Below the pieces are notes generated by a model that saw nothing but the letters and a program-made list of their open reading frames with translations, had not been told where the DNA came from and ran no database searches. From Laetmonice hystrix (taxonomy: Eukaryota): a DNA stretch of 64,000 bases. Made by a program: the position numbers and the translations under genes. The stretch covers positions 25,606,001 to 25,670,000 of the forward strand of contig OZ249444.1 in the NCBI GenBank assembly GCA_965235115.1, given 5' to 3'. Below are positions 50,579-60,661 of this stretch, in pieces (positions within the stretch are counted from its first letter, which is position 1; each line of letters opens with the position of its first letter).

Positions 50579-53500
50579 TTACTGTACGTCGTAAAGGTCC
50601 GTAGCGTCCGTGACGTCATAATGTTTCTCCGTGTCAGTCGACGCTGTGGTCTGCACGTGGTTGAGAGAACGGCGGGAATTACCGGCAGATATTGGCTCAG
50701 GTCTTTGTCCCATTCTTTGAGATGGTCGGAAAAGTTCTACCAAATATAGGCCAACATATTTTACAGAAGGGTTAGGTTCGACTTGATCGTTTATGAGCCA
50801 AATATCCGTGTAGTCCGAGGGGGCCTGATCTCGGTGGCTGGATTGTGATTGAGACTTTGGGATTACAGGTCGGCCTTCCATTGCTCTGCCGTGTCTCAGG
50901 CGGAAGTCTTGATGAAGGTTTACTTTGCTTGTTTCATCGAACCTCGTCACTTCAGGTTGCTGGAGAGATCTGTCTTCTATAGGATCTTCAATTTGTTGGT
51001 TTATATAATTGGATTTAGGTCCTTGTCTCCTGTATTTTGGGAAGAGTTTGGAGTAGTCTGAGCTATGTTTTGGGAAGGGCTGGGCGTCACCTCGACCAGT
51101 CTGTCGACTATCTTTTGGGAGGAGTTTGGGGTGACCTGGGTTCTGTTTTGGGAGCAGGTGGGGGTGATCTTGGTGATGTTTGGTGTCCCAGTACCCGTCA
51201 CTGTGATCCAGTGTCGCGTGTCCACCAGGTTGTCGCCAGGGTCCCAAGGGTTCGGTAGGGAGCGACCCTCGACTCACCGGCTCACCTGTGGCCCTCAGGT
51301 ATTTGTAATCTGAATCTTTCACTGGTGGGTATCGCGCTCTTGCAGCATTCTTCTGGACTGTAGGTCTAAAGGTCCGCCCGCGGGGATACCTCGAGTCATT
51401 CTCTGGGAGATCGTGAGGATCATTATCAAACCCCCTTTGGTCGCCGAGGGTTAAATCATTATACACCGGAGAATGTTTACCACCAGCTGACGACGGCGGG
51501 CTGTATCGGTGTTCACCGGTGGTCCCAGAGGGAGACGGCGGGCTGTATTGGTGTTCACCGGTGGTCCTAGCTGAAGACGGCTGGCTGTATTGGTGTTCAC
51601 CGGTGGTTCCAGCTGAAGATGGCCGGCTGTATTGGTGTTCACCGGTGGTCCCTGAGGCAGACGGCCGGCTGTATTGGTGTTCACCGGTGGTCCTAGCTGA
51701 AGACGGCCGGCTGTATTGGTGTTCACCGGTGGTCCCAGAGGTAGACGGCCTGCTGTATTGGTGTTCACTGGTGGTCCTAGCTGAAGATGGCCGGCTGTAT
51801 TGGTGTTCACCGGTGATCCTAGCTAAAGACGGCCGGCTGTATTGGTGTTCACCGGTGGTCCTAGCTGAAGACGGCCGGCTGTATTGGTGTTCACCGGTGA
51901 TCCTAGCTGAAGACGGCCGGCTGTATTGGTGTTCACCGGTGATCCTAGCTGAAGACGGCCGGCTGTATTGGTGTTCACCGGTGGTCCTAGCTGAAGACGG
52001 CCGGCTGTATTGGTGTTCACCGGTGATCCTAGCTGAAGACGGCCGGCTGTATTGGTGTTCACCGGTGGTCCTAGCTGAAGACGGCCGGCTGTATTGGTGT
52101 TCACCGGTGATCCTAGCTGAAGACGGCCGGCTGTATTGGTGTTCACCGTTGGTCCCAGCTGAAGAGGGCCGGCTGTATCGGTGTTCACGGATGGTCCCAG
52201 CTGAAGACGGCCGGCTGTATTGGTGTTCACCGGTGGTCCCAGAGGTAGACGGCCTGCTGTATTGGTGTTCATCGGTGGTCCTAGCTGAAGACGGCCTGCT
52301 GTATTGGTGTTCACCGGTGGTCCCAGAGGTAGACGGCCTGCTGTATTGGTGTTCACTGGTGGTCCCAGAGGTAGACGGCCGGCTGTATTGGTGTTCACCG
52401 GTGGTCCCAGAGGCAGACGGCTGGCTGTATTGGTGTTCACCGGTGGTCCCAGCTGAAGACGGCCGGCTGTATTGGTGTTCACCGGTGGTCCCAGAGGTAG
52501 ACGGCCTGCTGTATTGGTGTTCATCGGTGGTCCTAGCTGAAGACGGCCGGCTGTATCGGTGTTCACCGGTGGCCCTAGCTGAAGACGGCCGGCTGTATTG
52601 GTGTTCACGGATGGTCCCAGCTGAAGACGGCCGGCTGTATTGGTGTTCACCGGTGGTCCGAGCTGAAGACGGCTGACTGTATCGGTGTTCACCGGTGGCC
52701 CTAGCTGAAGACGGCCGGCTGTATTGGTGCATGACCTCATACGCATTCTCATGTCGGTCAAGTTCACGAGGCATGCTTTCGCGGTCTTGGACCTCAGTCC
52801 TATCTTGCTTATCATCATTCTGTTGATACAATCTTTCTTTATCACGACTTACATAGTTATAATCTATTGGTTTCGCATGCAATCTCTCTCTGCTGAACGC
52901 TCTGCTAGAATCCTTGAATGTGAGAGTGCTAGCCCCGCCGGAAGGTCCTCTTTCTGCCTGATTATCTGTTTTCGTGATAGTTACACGCTCACTGTCATCA
53001 ACAGAGGCACGCCCAAAGGTTCTGGGACTTAGGGCGGACTCTGTATGTTGCGTATCTAAGCGTCCGGGGCCTGGTTCCAGCACTGCCTTCTGGAAAAACT
53101 CATCAAGATTTTTTACTTTTGGGACGGCACGTAGGCCTACGAAGAACTCAGACTTGCCGTCGGCGGCCGCCAGCTTCTCGGTGGCCAGTGGTGAAGGGGC
53201 TTCCTGGTTGTTGCAGAGTTCGCCCTCACAGAAACAGTAGAGGGAGCCGGCCTGGACGTGGCAACCCAGCTTGTCAGGGTCCACGCCGAACTGACCCGTA
53301 TAGCAGCCGCGGTAAAAATAATTGTTTTCGTCAGTTCGAGTGTAGCAGTTGCTGTCACACGCTGCCGTATCGATGCCATATTGAACAGCTTGGTATCTGT
53401 CAAAAGCCTTGTTACATTTCCCCCATCCTCCACTGACCTTGACGGTCGAGTAAGGAGCCTCGTTCTGGTCTGGATCTCCCCGATTCACGACTATTGTCTT

Positions 53501-53707
53501 TAGTTTGGCGAACGCCAGTTTAGGGCGGCTCCAGGCGCATTGATAACACTGCCGCGTCTTCCCTGATTGGTCCTTATACCGGAAGTCATGTTTCAGTGCG
53601 TCTAGGTCTTCTGCAATATCCTGTACTATGGTCATCTCAGTTTGGTTCACAGCCAGACAAATGCTGACAACAACCGTGATGGTCACAACAACTCTGAGAC
53701 CATTCAT
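50579..53707 (-). CDS. Secreted Quiver/sleepless-like Ly6/uPAR (three-finger) domain protein with long repetitive hydrophilic tail; intronless ORF
   Basis: First ATG of the long ORF is at 53707 and is followed by a signal-peptide-like MNGLRVVVTITVVVSICLA. Ten Cys in the pattern CYQC..C..C-x3-C..RGC..C..CFC-x4-CN, then about 850 aa including about 30 x GEHQYSRPSSARTT. The ORF track extends the start to a GTG at 54109 inside a 30-bp repeat, which I treat as 5' UTR. Confidence 0.8.
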   Translation of the reverse strand: MNGLRVVVTITVVVSICLAVNQTEMTIVQDIAEDLDALKHDFRYKDQSGKTRQCYQCAWSRPKLAFAKLKTIVVNRGDPDQNEAPYSTVKVSGGWGKCNKAFDRYQAVQYGIDTAACDSNCYTRTDENNYFYRGCYTGQFGVDPDKLGCHVQAGSLYCFCEGELCNNQEAPSPLATEKLAAADGKSEFFVGLRAVPKVKNLDEFFQKAVLEPGPGRLDTQHTESALSPRTFGRASVDDSERVTITKTDNQAERGPSGGASTLTFKDSSRAFSRERLHAKPIDYNYVSRDKERLYQQNDDKQDRTEVQDRESMPRELDRHENAYEVMHQYSRPSSARATGEHRYSQPSSARTTGEHQYSRPSSAGTIREHQYSRPSSARATGEHRYSRPSSARTTDEHQYSRPSTSGTTGEHQYSRPSSAGTTGEHQYSQPSASGTTGEHQYSRPSTSGTTSEHQYSRPSTSGTTGEHQYSRPSSARTTDEHQYSRPSTSGTTGEHQYSRPSSAGTIREHRYSRPSSAGTNGEHQYSRPSSARITGEHQYSRPSSARTTGEHQYSRPSSARITGEHQYSRPSSARTTGEHQYSRPSSARITGEHQYSRPSSARITGEHQYSRPSSARTTGEHQYSRPSLARITGEHQYSRPSSARTTSEHQYSRPSTSGTTGEHQYSRPSSARTTGEHQYSRPSASGTTGEHQYSRPSSAGTTGEHQYSQPSSARTTGEHQYSPPSPSGTTGEHRYSPPSSAGGKHSPVYNDLTLGDQRGFDNDPHDLPENDSRYPRGRTFRPTVQKNAARARYPPVKDSDYKYLRATGEPVSRGSLPTEPLGPWRQPGGHATLDHSDGYWDTKHHQDHPHLLPKQNPGHPKLLPKDSRQTGRGDAQPFPKHSSDYSKLFPKYRRQGPKSNYINQQIEDPIEDRSLQQPEVTRFDETSKVNLHQDFRLRHGRAMEGRPVIPKSQSQSSHRDQAPSDYTDIWLINDQVEPNPSVKYVGLYLVELFRPSQRMGQRPEPISAGNSRRSLNHVQTTASTDTEKHYDVTDATDLYDVQ
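51480..52730 (-). repeat. Coding minisatellite, 42-bp unit (GEHQYSRPSSARTT), about 30 copies
   Basis: In frame within the three-finger ORF; no frameshifting indels across the array. Confidence 0.93.
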
Positions 53708-53744
53708 GGTTGTGGCCTCTGGTTCTACTGCCCACTCGAGCTCA

Positions 53745-54119
53745 ACCACGTTGACTTGCAGCGAGGACGAGCTCACCACGTTTACTGGCAGCGAGGACGA
53801 GCTCACCACGTTTACTGGCAGCGAGGACGAGCTCACCACGTTTACTGGCAGCGAGGACGAGCTCACCACGTTTACTGGCAGCGAGGACGAGTTCACCACG
53901 TTTACTGGCAGCGAGGACGAGCTCACCACGTTGACTGGCAGCGAGGACGAGCTCACCACGTTGACTTGCAGCGAGGACGAGCTCACCACGTTTACTGGCA
54001 GCGAGGACGAGCTCACCACGTTTACTGGCAGCGAGGACGAGCTCACCACGTTGACTTGCAGCGAGGACGAGTTCACCACGTTTACTGGCAGCGAGGACGA
54101 GCTCACCACGTAGCGAGGA
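53745..54119. repeat. Minisatellite, 30-bp unit GCGAGGACGAGCTCACCACGTTTACTGGCA, about 12 copies
   Basis: Directly upstream of the ATG at 53707; contains no ATG on the - strand. Confidence 0.95.
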
Positions 54120-54415
54120 CGACTGGACCTTAAATTATAAACGGGCCCTCTCCCTCACCGACCTTTCATAAATTCACTGGAGGAAATGATACAATCGTGG
54201 CACATCTATGTTTTCGACGGTACTTAGATCAACATTTGGCCTGCTGTGTGACAGGATTGGTCATTTTAAGTGATAATAATGACACAAAGAGTGTTCTCAA
54301 AACGAATCATGTTTAGAATTAATTGGCTTGTTACGCCGATAGGAGCGTCATGGAGACGTGCGTTATTAGGGACGTGGTAGATGGGAGACACACGGCATAT
54401 AGCGTGTGTGGAGAC

Positions 54416-54570
54416 AGCCAGTCGTACACGATGTTAGCGTGTCTACAGTCAGCCAGTCGTACACGATGTTAGCGTGTCTACAGTCAGCCAGTCGGATACG
54501 ATGTTAGCGTGTCAGCAGTCGGCCAGTCGGATACGATGTTAGCGTGTCAGCAGTCGGCCAGTCGGACACT
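54416..54570. repeat. Short tandem repeat (~35 bp, about 4 copies)
   Basis: CAGCCAGTCGKAYACGATGTTAGCGTGTC repeated. Confidence 0.8.
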
Positions 54571-55862
54571 ATCGGCAGGTCGGACACGCGGCATGAGAAC
54601 ATCAGGGAAGGACATGAACACAGTGAGACACAATCTGATGTAACAATCAGACATATAAACATGCACACACTCCATGAATAATGACAGGATTGGTTGAATT
54701 TATTTAACTGTGTGTTACTGTTACTAGTTATTCATAGATGAGAACCGCTCAGCCGTTTGTTTCGCATTGTGGCCGTGCATTCAGCTTGAAGTTACAGGTG
54801 GTAAGTTTATGCAGAGTTCTGCAGGTCTTCGCCATACATCTGTAGACTGTATAGTATGCTCTGACATAAGGGCAATGATTGAGACTTTGATTTCCTTCCC
54901 TTTTTTTTTGGGGGGGGGCCTTTACGGATATTTTTATAGTTCTCTAAATTATATTGGGACAGTGAGGTATGACCTCTCAGTTCTCAACCCCGGACCTCAT
55001 GATCAGACTGAGGTATATCTCTTCACGCTATTTTTATTCACAGCCTGACAAGTGCAAGTCTACCGTGGAATTCGGAATGGCCCCTGGGCAGATTGCTACA
55101 CCAGTCTGAGGCCACCCATACTGGCCGATCTCGTTGGATACCCCTGCTGGTCGATCTGATTGGTTGACTGTCTCCCAGTCTGGTCGTGATGTCTGCGCAA
55201 ATGTGCTCCCATCTGAGGTCCGCACCAGACAGACTGACAGTAATGTCTTTTCCATACGTTCTATATCCTACACTCAATTTCGGAATTGCATGGTCCTATA
55301 GGCTTACGTGTTTTGGATGCGATTCCATCATAGATCTTGAACCAAGTTCATCCGTCATGTTGGATCGAATTGGAAGGTTCCTTTGCTAGGGTTGTTAGGG
55401 CCTTTTGGTTCAGACTTATTTGAACTTTTGGGCTGGCTATTAAATATATTTGCAATCTAGTATTCTACTTATTAACAGGTGCTTCGATAGTCTGAAGTCA
55501 TTCGACAATACAACAAGTACCGGTAATTACTAGTAGCAATTTAATGACTGTGTAAACAACAGGGAAAAATGTAAAGGTTTAGGTGACTGTAAAGATAAAG
55601 ATGGAGTGAAGTAAAAAAAAGGTGAAGATTGAAATATTGTGGAAGTGTGCAGTTTATTTGGAATTGTTTTGGTCCTAAGCCTGACGATCTGTACATGTAT
55701 GTAGGATGCAGTGTCAGTTGCCCCGCTCCTCCATGATGGTATAACGGAACTTTTCACACTCCTGCAGCAAGGCCATCCCAATCGGGAACTTCATCAAAGT
55801 TCAGAGGGTCTTCTTTAAATGCGGTTTAGATCCTGAAGTGTGGGAAAGCTTGCTTTGTAAAG

Positions 55863-58800
55863 TTAGTGTTCGAAAGGAATTTTGAGAGGTTCTTGGCTGC
55901 TGTGCAGCATGGGCGACTTGAGAAGTATGCTGGCGCTGCCGACTGTACAGACTGACACGTACAGCCACAGGAAGATCCGGTCGATCACCATAGCAACGAA
56001 CCGCCAATCATCTTTGATCTGAAATAAAACAATTTACAACCGTTTTTTTTCTCTCAGAAAGTTGCCGACTAATATAGTGGTTGAACCGTAGTCCACCCGT
56101 GCTTGTATTATGTTATGACATTTTTGACCCTAATGTGGTGAAAGTTTTCGTTAGGAATTGTCGACGAGGTATAAATTACCAACTACCGTTATATGATTTG
56201 TTGGTTTGATGGGTGTATAATATGAATGAAGTATATACATACCGGTTGTTGCTCATCAACGTCTCTGTGGTATTTTTCTATATAAGCCAGACCCTCCAAC
56301 ATCCTCCTCACGTGACTCTGCTGTGATCGTCTCTCCATCCTGCATGCCGAGCAGAATACGGAATGGTTGGTCTCAGGGAACGCGGTGGTCGTACCAATGA
56401 AAGTACTCACCACGTTTAAACCGCCATATTTGGTTTCCTCGTCCTCGAACACGTGACCGTGCCCTTCAGGCCAGGAACATGTATCATAAAGTGTGAGCTC
56501 GCTCTGGTCTGACCACGAGATGTCTTCCTCCTCTTCCTGCAAGCGGTCGTTAGAACGCCTCATGAACAGTAACCGGGGCAAGATGTTCAGAAAGATTTTC
56601 CTTGTCCAGGCCGGCATGGTACTTGTGGAAGCGGAACGCAAGTGGACGTTTAAGGTCACAACAGATATAAACACAGATAAAGACACTGTAATCATGGTGA
56701 AGAGAATGTACTCTCCCATCATAGGAACGGTGATGGAGGTGGCTGGAATGAGCTCCATCAGGAGAAGTTGGAACATGGAGAGCGACAAGAGAATCGTGAT
56801 ACACAGGGAGATCTTCTCGCCGCTGTCTGGGGGCAGGTAAAAGGTGAGGCACGTCAGCATGTTGATAGAAAGGCATGGTACGAGCAGGTTGATGGTGTAG
56901 AAGAGTGTCTTACGCCGGATGCTGATATTGAAGGTGATGTCAGGAAAGGGCTCCTCACAACACGGATATAATCTGTTGTTCTTCTTGGCGGGCACGGCCA
57001 GCAGGTCCCACTCTGTGGACGGATAAAACTGCTTGATGTCGATTCCATCTTTTACTGCCACCTCTCCGTTGGTTTCCGAGTTAATGTGGCGGATATCGAC
57101 CTATCACAAGGAAGGATACAAAACGGATATAGACCTATCACCAGGAAGGATACAAAACAGATGGAGACAAGGTCAAGGAGAAGAATGAGGATACTTAAGA
57201 TTTGCACACAGAATCGGCCATCAAGCTCAAACCTTCATGCAAAGGAACATAAGTCGGAACTCCGTGACCTACATGTGTCGAGTCATAACTCCAGGAACCA
57301 AATTTCATCTCGCACTGTTGCTCATCAAAGGGGAAGAACTTGACGTTCATGTCACAGTAACTCTTGTAGACAACTGGAGGTTCCCACTTGACAATCCCCG
57401 TGTAGCTCAGAGTGGCCTTCGTCATCCGTGTTACATTGTAGTCTCCGTCGGCGCTGTACAGTGGCGACCATTATTTTACAAATTGTTTGAATTAACAGCA
57501 GGACAGGAAAAATATTTATAAGGTATATCAGGCAGTCAGAGACTTACTTGTTATACAAGACGATATCTGCCAGCCAGAGACTTATACTTGTTATACAAGA
57601 CGATAATTGCCAGCCAGCCAGAGACTTGCTTGTTATACAAGACAATATCAGGCAGCCAGTCAGAGACTTACTTGGTATACAAGACGATATCAGGCAGCCA
57701 GTCAGAGACTTACTTGTTATACAAGACGATATCGGGCAACCAGTCAGAGACTTACTTGTTATACAAGACGATATCAGGCAGTCAGAGACTTACTTGTTAT
57801 ACAAGACGATATCTGCCAGTCAGAGACTTACTTGTTATACAAGACGATATCTGCCAGTCAGAGACTTACTTGTTATAAAAGACAATATCAGGCAGCCAGT
57901 CAGAGACTTACTTGTTATACAAGACGATATCAGTCAGTCAGAGACTTACTTGTTATACAAGACGATATCAGGCTGTCAGCCAGAGACTTATACTTGTTAT
58001 ACAAGACGATATCGGGCAACCAGTCAGAGACTTACTTGTTATACAAGACGACATCAGTCAGCCAGAGACTTACTTGTTATACAAGACGATATCAGGCAAC
58101 CAGTCAGAGACTTACTTGTTATACAAGACGATATCGGGCAACCAGTCAGAGACTTACTTGTTATACAAGACGATATCGGGCAACCAGTCAGAGACTTACT
58201 TGTTATACAAGACGATATCAGGCAGTCAGAGACTTGTTATACAAGACGATATCAGGCAGCCAGTCAGAGACTTACTTGTTATACAAGACGATATCAGGCA
58301 GCCAGCCAGAGACTTACTTGTTATACAAGACGATATCTGCCAGTCAGAGACTTACTTGTTATACAAGACGATATCAGGCAGCCAAATGTCTCCAGAATGG
58401 ACGAACAGTTTCTCCACGCCACCGTATTCCCGTGGATTCCATGACAGACTGAAGTCCTTCCACAACTGGTGGGTGTAACAAAAGACACATGAGCTATACC
58501 GTTTTCTTATGAAACTCACTGAATTAACATTTACCTTTACTGGGGATGTTCCTATTGCCTAACCAGAAATGCAAGCTAATGTTTATGAATAGCAAATGTA
58601 TGCAACGGCCATTGCATAAATTCCCACTCGCTAAAATTGACATTGAAATTCAATGGCAATTTTGGCGAGCGGGAATTTATATGCAACGGCCCAGGCAGTG
58701 GTGTAACCTGATTGCTTCTTGCAGTACCGCACGAAGAATTATTAGGTCGTAAGCAGATGGCACTGCGGTCTACTCCCCGGTGGAGATAGGCTGGCTGTCG

Positions 58801-60661
58801 TGAGGGGAGCGCGGGAGGAGGATGTTCGTGGAGATGTTACGATGTAGGACAGACCGACTTACCTGGATCACCCAAACATTAGTCGTCATGATTTGGTTCT
58901 TCTCATCCTGTAACAGAAAACAGGACTTTGGTGTTGGGCGACAAGCAGGCCTTGGGAGGCAATAGGCGGCCCAGCCTATAAACAGGACTTTGGTGTTGGG
59001 CGACAAGCAGGCCTTGGGAGGCAATAGGCGGCCCAGCCTATAAACAGGACTTTGGTGTTGGGCGACAAGCAGGCCTTGAGAGGCAATAAGCGGCCCAGCC
59101 TATAAACAGGACTTTGGTGTTGGGCGGCAAGCAGGCCTTGGGAGGCAATAGGCGGCCCAGCCTATAAACAGGACTTTGGTGTTGGGCGGCAAGCAGGCCT
59201 TGAGAGGCAATAGGCGGCCCAGCCTATAAACAGGACTTTGGTGCTGGGCGGCCCAACTTTCAAACAGGCAGTGGGTCTTGGGTGGCCCAACATTTAAATT
59301 GCCACTAGTATAGGCCCTGGACCGCCCCACGTTCCGACGTAATTTATGGCCTTTACGAAGGGGCTGTCAACTTTTTCGACAATTTGGGTCTCGTTCTAGA
59401 AAGTAAAAGGTCAACGTAATATAGCACGATGGGATGGCCAGGTAGATGGCCAGGTATAACCCAGACTGTAGGCCACCTCAGGTAGGCGACGGCCAGGTAG
59501 TATAATCAGATAGGCGATAATTTGGACCCGATATAGGCTGGCTTCTCGGGATTGCTGATAGCTTATTTTTTGACGGAGTTGTGTTGTTTCACGCTGAGAT
59601 GTCGCTTATCGACGGGTGTAATTGCCTCGGCCATCGGGGTAATAGAAGTTTGTGTAAAAGAGATATTATTGCAGTACATGACTGATACGAGGCACCCTCG
59701 CTAGTACCGTAATGCTGTTTAAACTACTGGTATTATGACCCACATCCTAAAGTTCTACTTGTCCTATATAGCTTGATATTTTATTCGTTTGGTTACTTTT
59801 TTGACATTTTTTTAACGTGAGTTGCGTGCTCTCTTTCATCTTATTTATTGACACATTTACTTTGCCAGTTTTTATTTAGGTTCGGAGATTGGCGTTAATT
59901 TTTGTTCTGCTGAGGAGTGCAAAGAGAGGAGAAGGCGGCAAGGGAACACCCCCTCGGGCTCCAGGTACTGATTGCCACGGGGTGCCAGGTGTGGTGAGCC
60001 AGGCACTTGCCCTCCAACTTGGACAGGTGTGAAACCCTCCCCCGTACACATGCTACCTGGTTCAACATGAGGGCTAACTTTGTACTTATATCATTACCCT
60101 ACAGCTACCAGTCTTTTCAGCTGAGCAGAATTTTTAACAGAGCTTTCTTTCACTTGCCCTAACTTTTAAAGAAGAATGCAGCAATTTGTGTGTGTGTGTG
60201 TGATAAATACTGATCATTTTATTGTAAAGGGGTTTAGCAAGTACACCAGAAATCAGCATGGTGTCAGCATCTTGCGTAAAGCAATGCCATTTCTACCATA
60301 AATCCTCAATTTCCTTCATCTATTGACAATAAGAATACAAAACTCGACACATAAAGGGCAATTATTTGTTCCAAAGTTTTGTAGTAAAGATAAGAGTTGA
60401 AACAGCCGGTAGGGGTATAGGGAAGTTCTCCATACTTACCACATCTATGAGTTGTGCCATCCGTAACCCAAGCCACACGGTCAGTCCCGAGGTCCTGTTT
60501 CCGACCGGCCGTATGGTCCGGTGGTAATCTTTTAACAGAAGATCGTCGTAGAGGCGCCTCGCATCGTGATTGGCCTGTGATAATTGCGGGACGACTGCCA
60601 TCACCCAGACCCAGGAGAGGACCCGCCAGACGGATCCCTCCGGGTGGGACACCAAAGTCAT
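55863..60661 (-). CDS. Nicotinic acetylcholine receptor alpha-type subunit (Cys-loop pentameric ligand-gated ion channel), complete
   Basis: Exons 60661-60440, 58907-58863 (45 nt), 58465-58356 (110 nt), 57453-57273, 57100-56243, 56018-55863 (TAA), all phase-compatible. Features: signal peptide then [23 protein letters not shown], Cys-loop [19 protein letters not shown], vicinal YPCC in loop C, M1-M3, M4 [16 protein letters not shown]. An in-frame upstream ATG at 60826 is also possible. Confidence 0.95.
57520..58383 (-). repeat. Minisatellite (~38-42 bp, about 20 copies) made of the nAChR exon end plus a GTAAGT donor
   Basis: On the - strand the unit is GGCTGCCTGATATCGTCTTGTATAACAA|GTAAGTCTCTGACT. 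Confidence 0.97.
58915..59250. repeat. Minisatellite, 62-bp unit, about 5.5 copies, abutting the nAChR exon-2 acceptor
   Basis: AAACAGGACTTTGGTGTTGGGCGRCAAGCAGGCCTTGRGAGGCAATAGGCGGCCCAGCCTAT. Confidence 0.93.

Noticed and set aside
51519-52845. 385-aa (+) and 340-aa (-) alternative-frame ORFs
   Set aside because: They are shadows of the 42-bp coding repeat.
53708-54109. N-terminal VVSSSSLPVN repeats as part of the 1176-aa protein
   Set aside because: The start is a GTG inside a 30-bp array; the first ATG (53707) is followed by a signal peptide, so the repeats are more likely leader sequence.
56750-56830. Anion-selective nAChR as described in molluscs
   Set aside because: It retains GEK (Glu -1') and lacks the Pro -2'/Ala -1' and Thr 13' signature.
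57548-58478. + strand ORFs of 188-298 aa
   Set aside because: They are antisense translations of the nAChR donor-site array.
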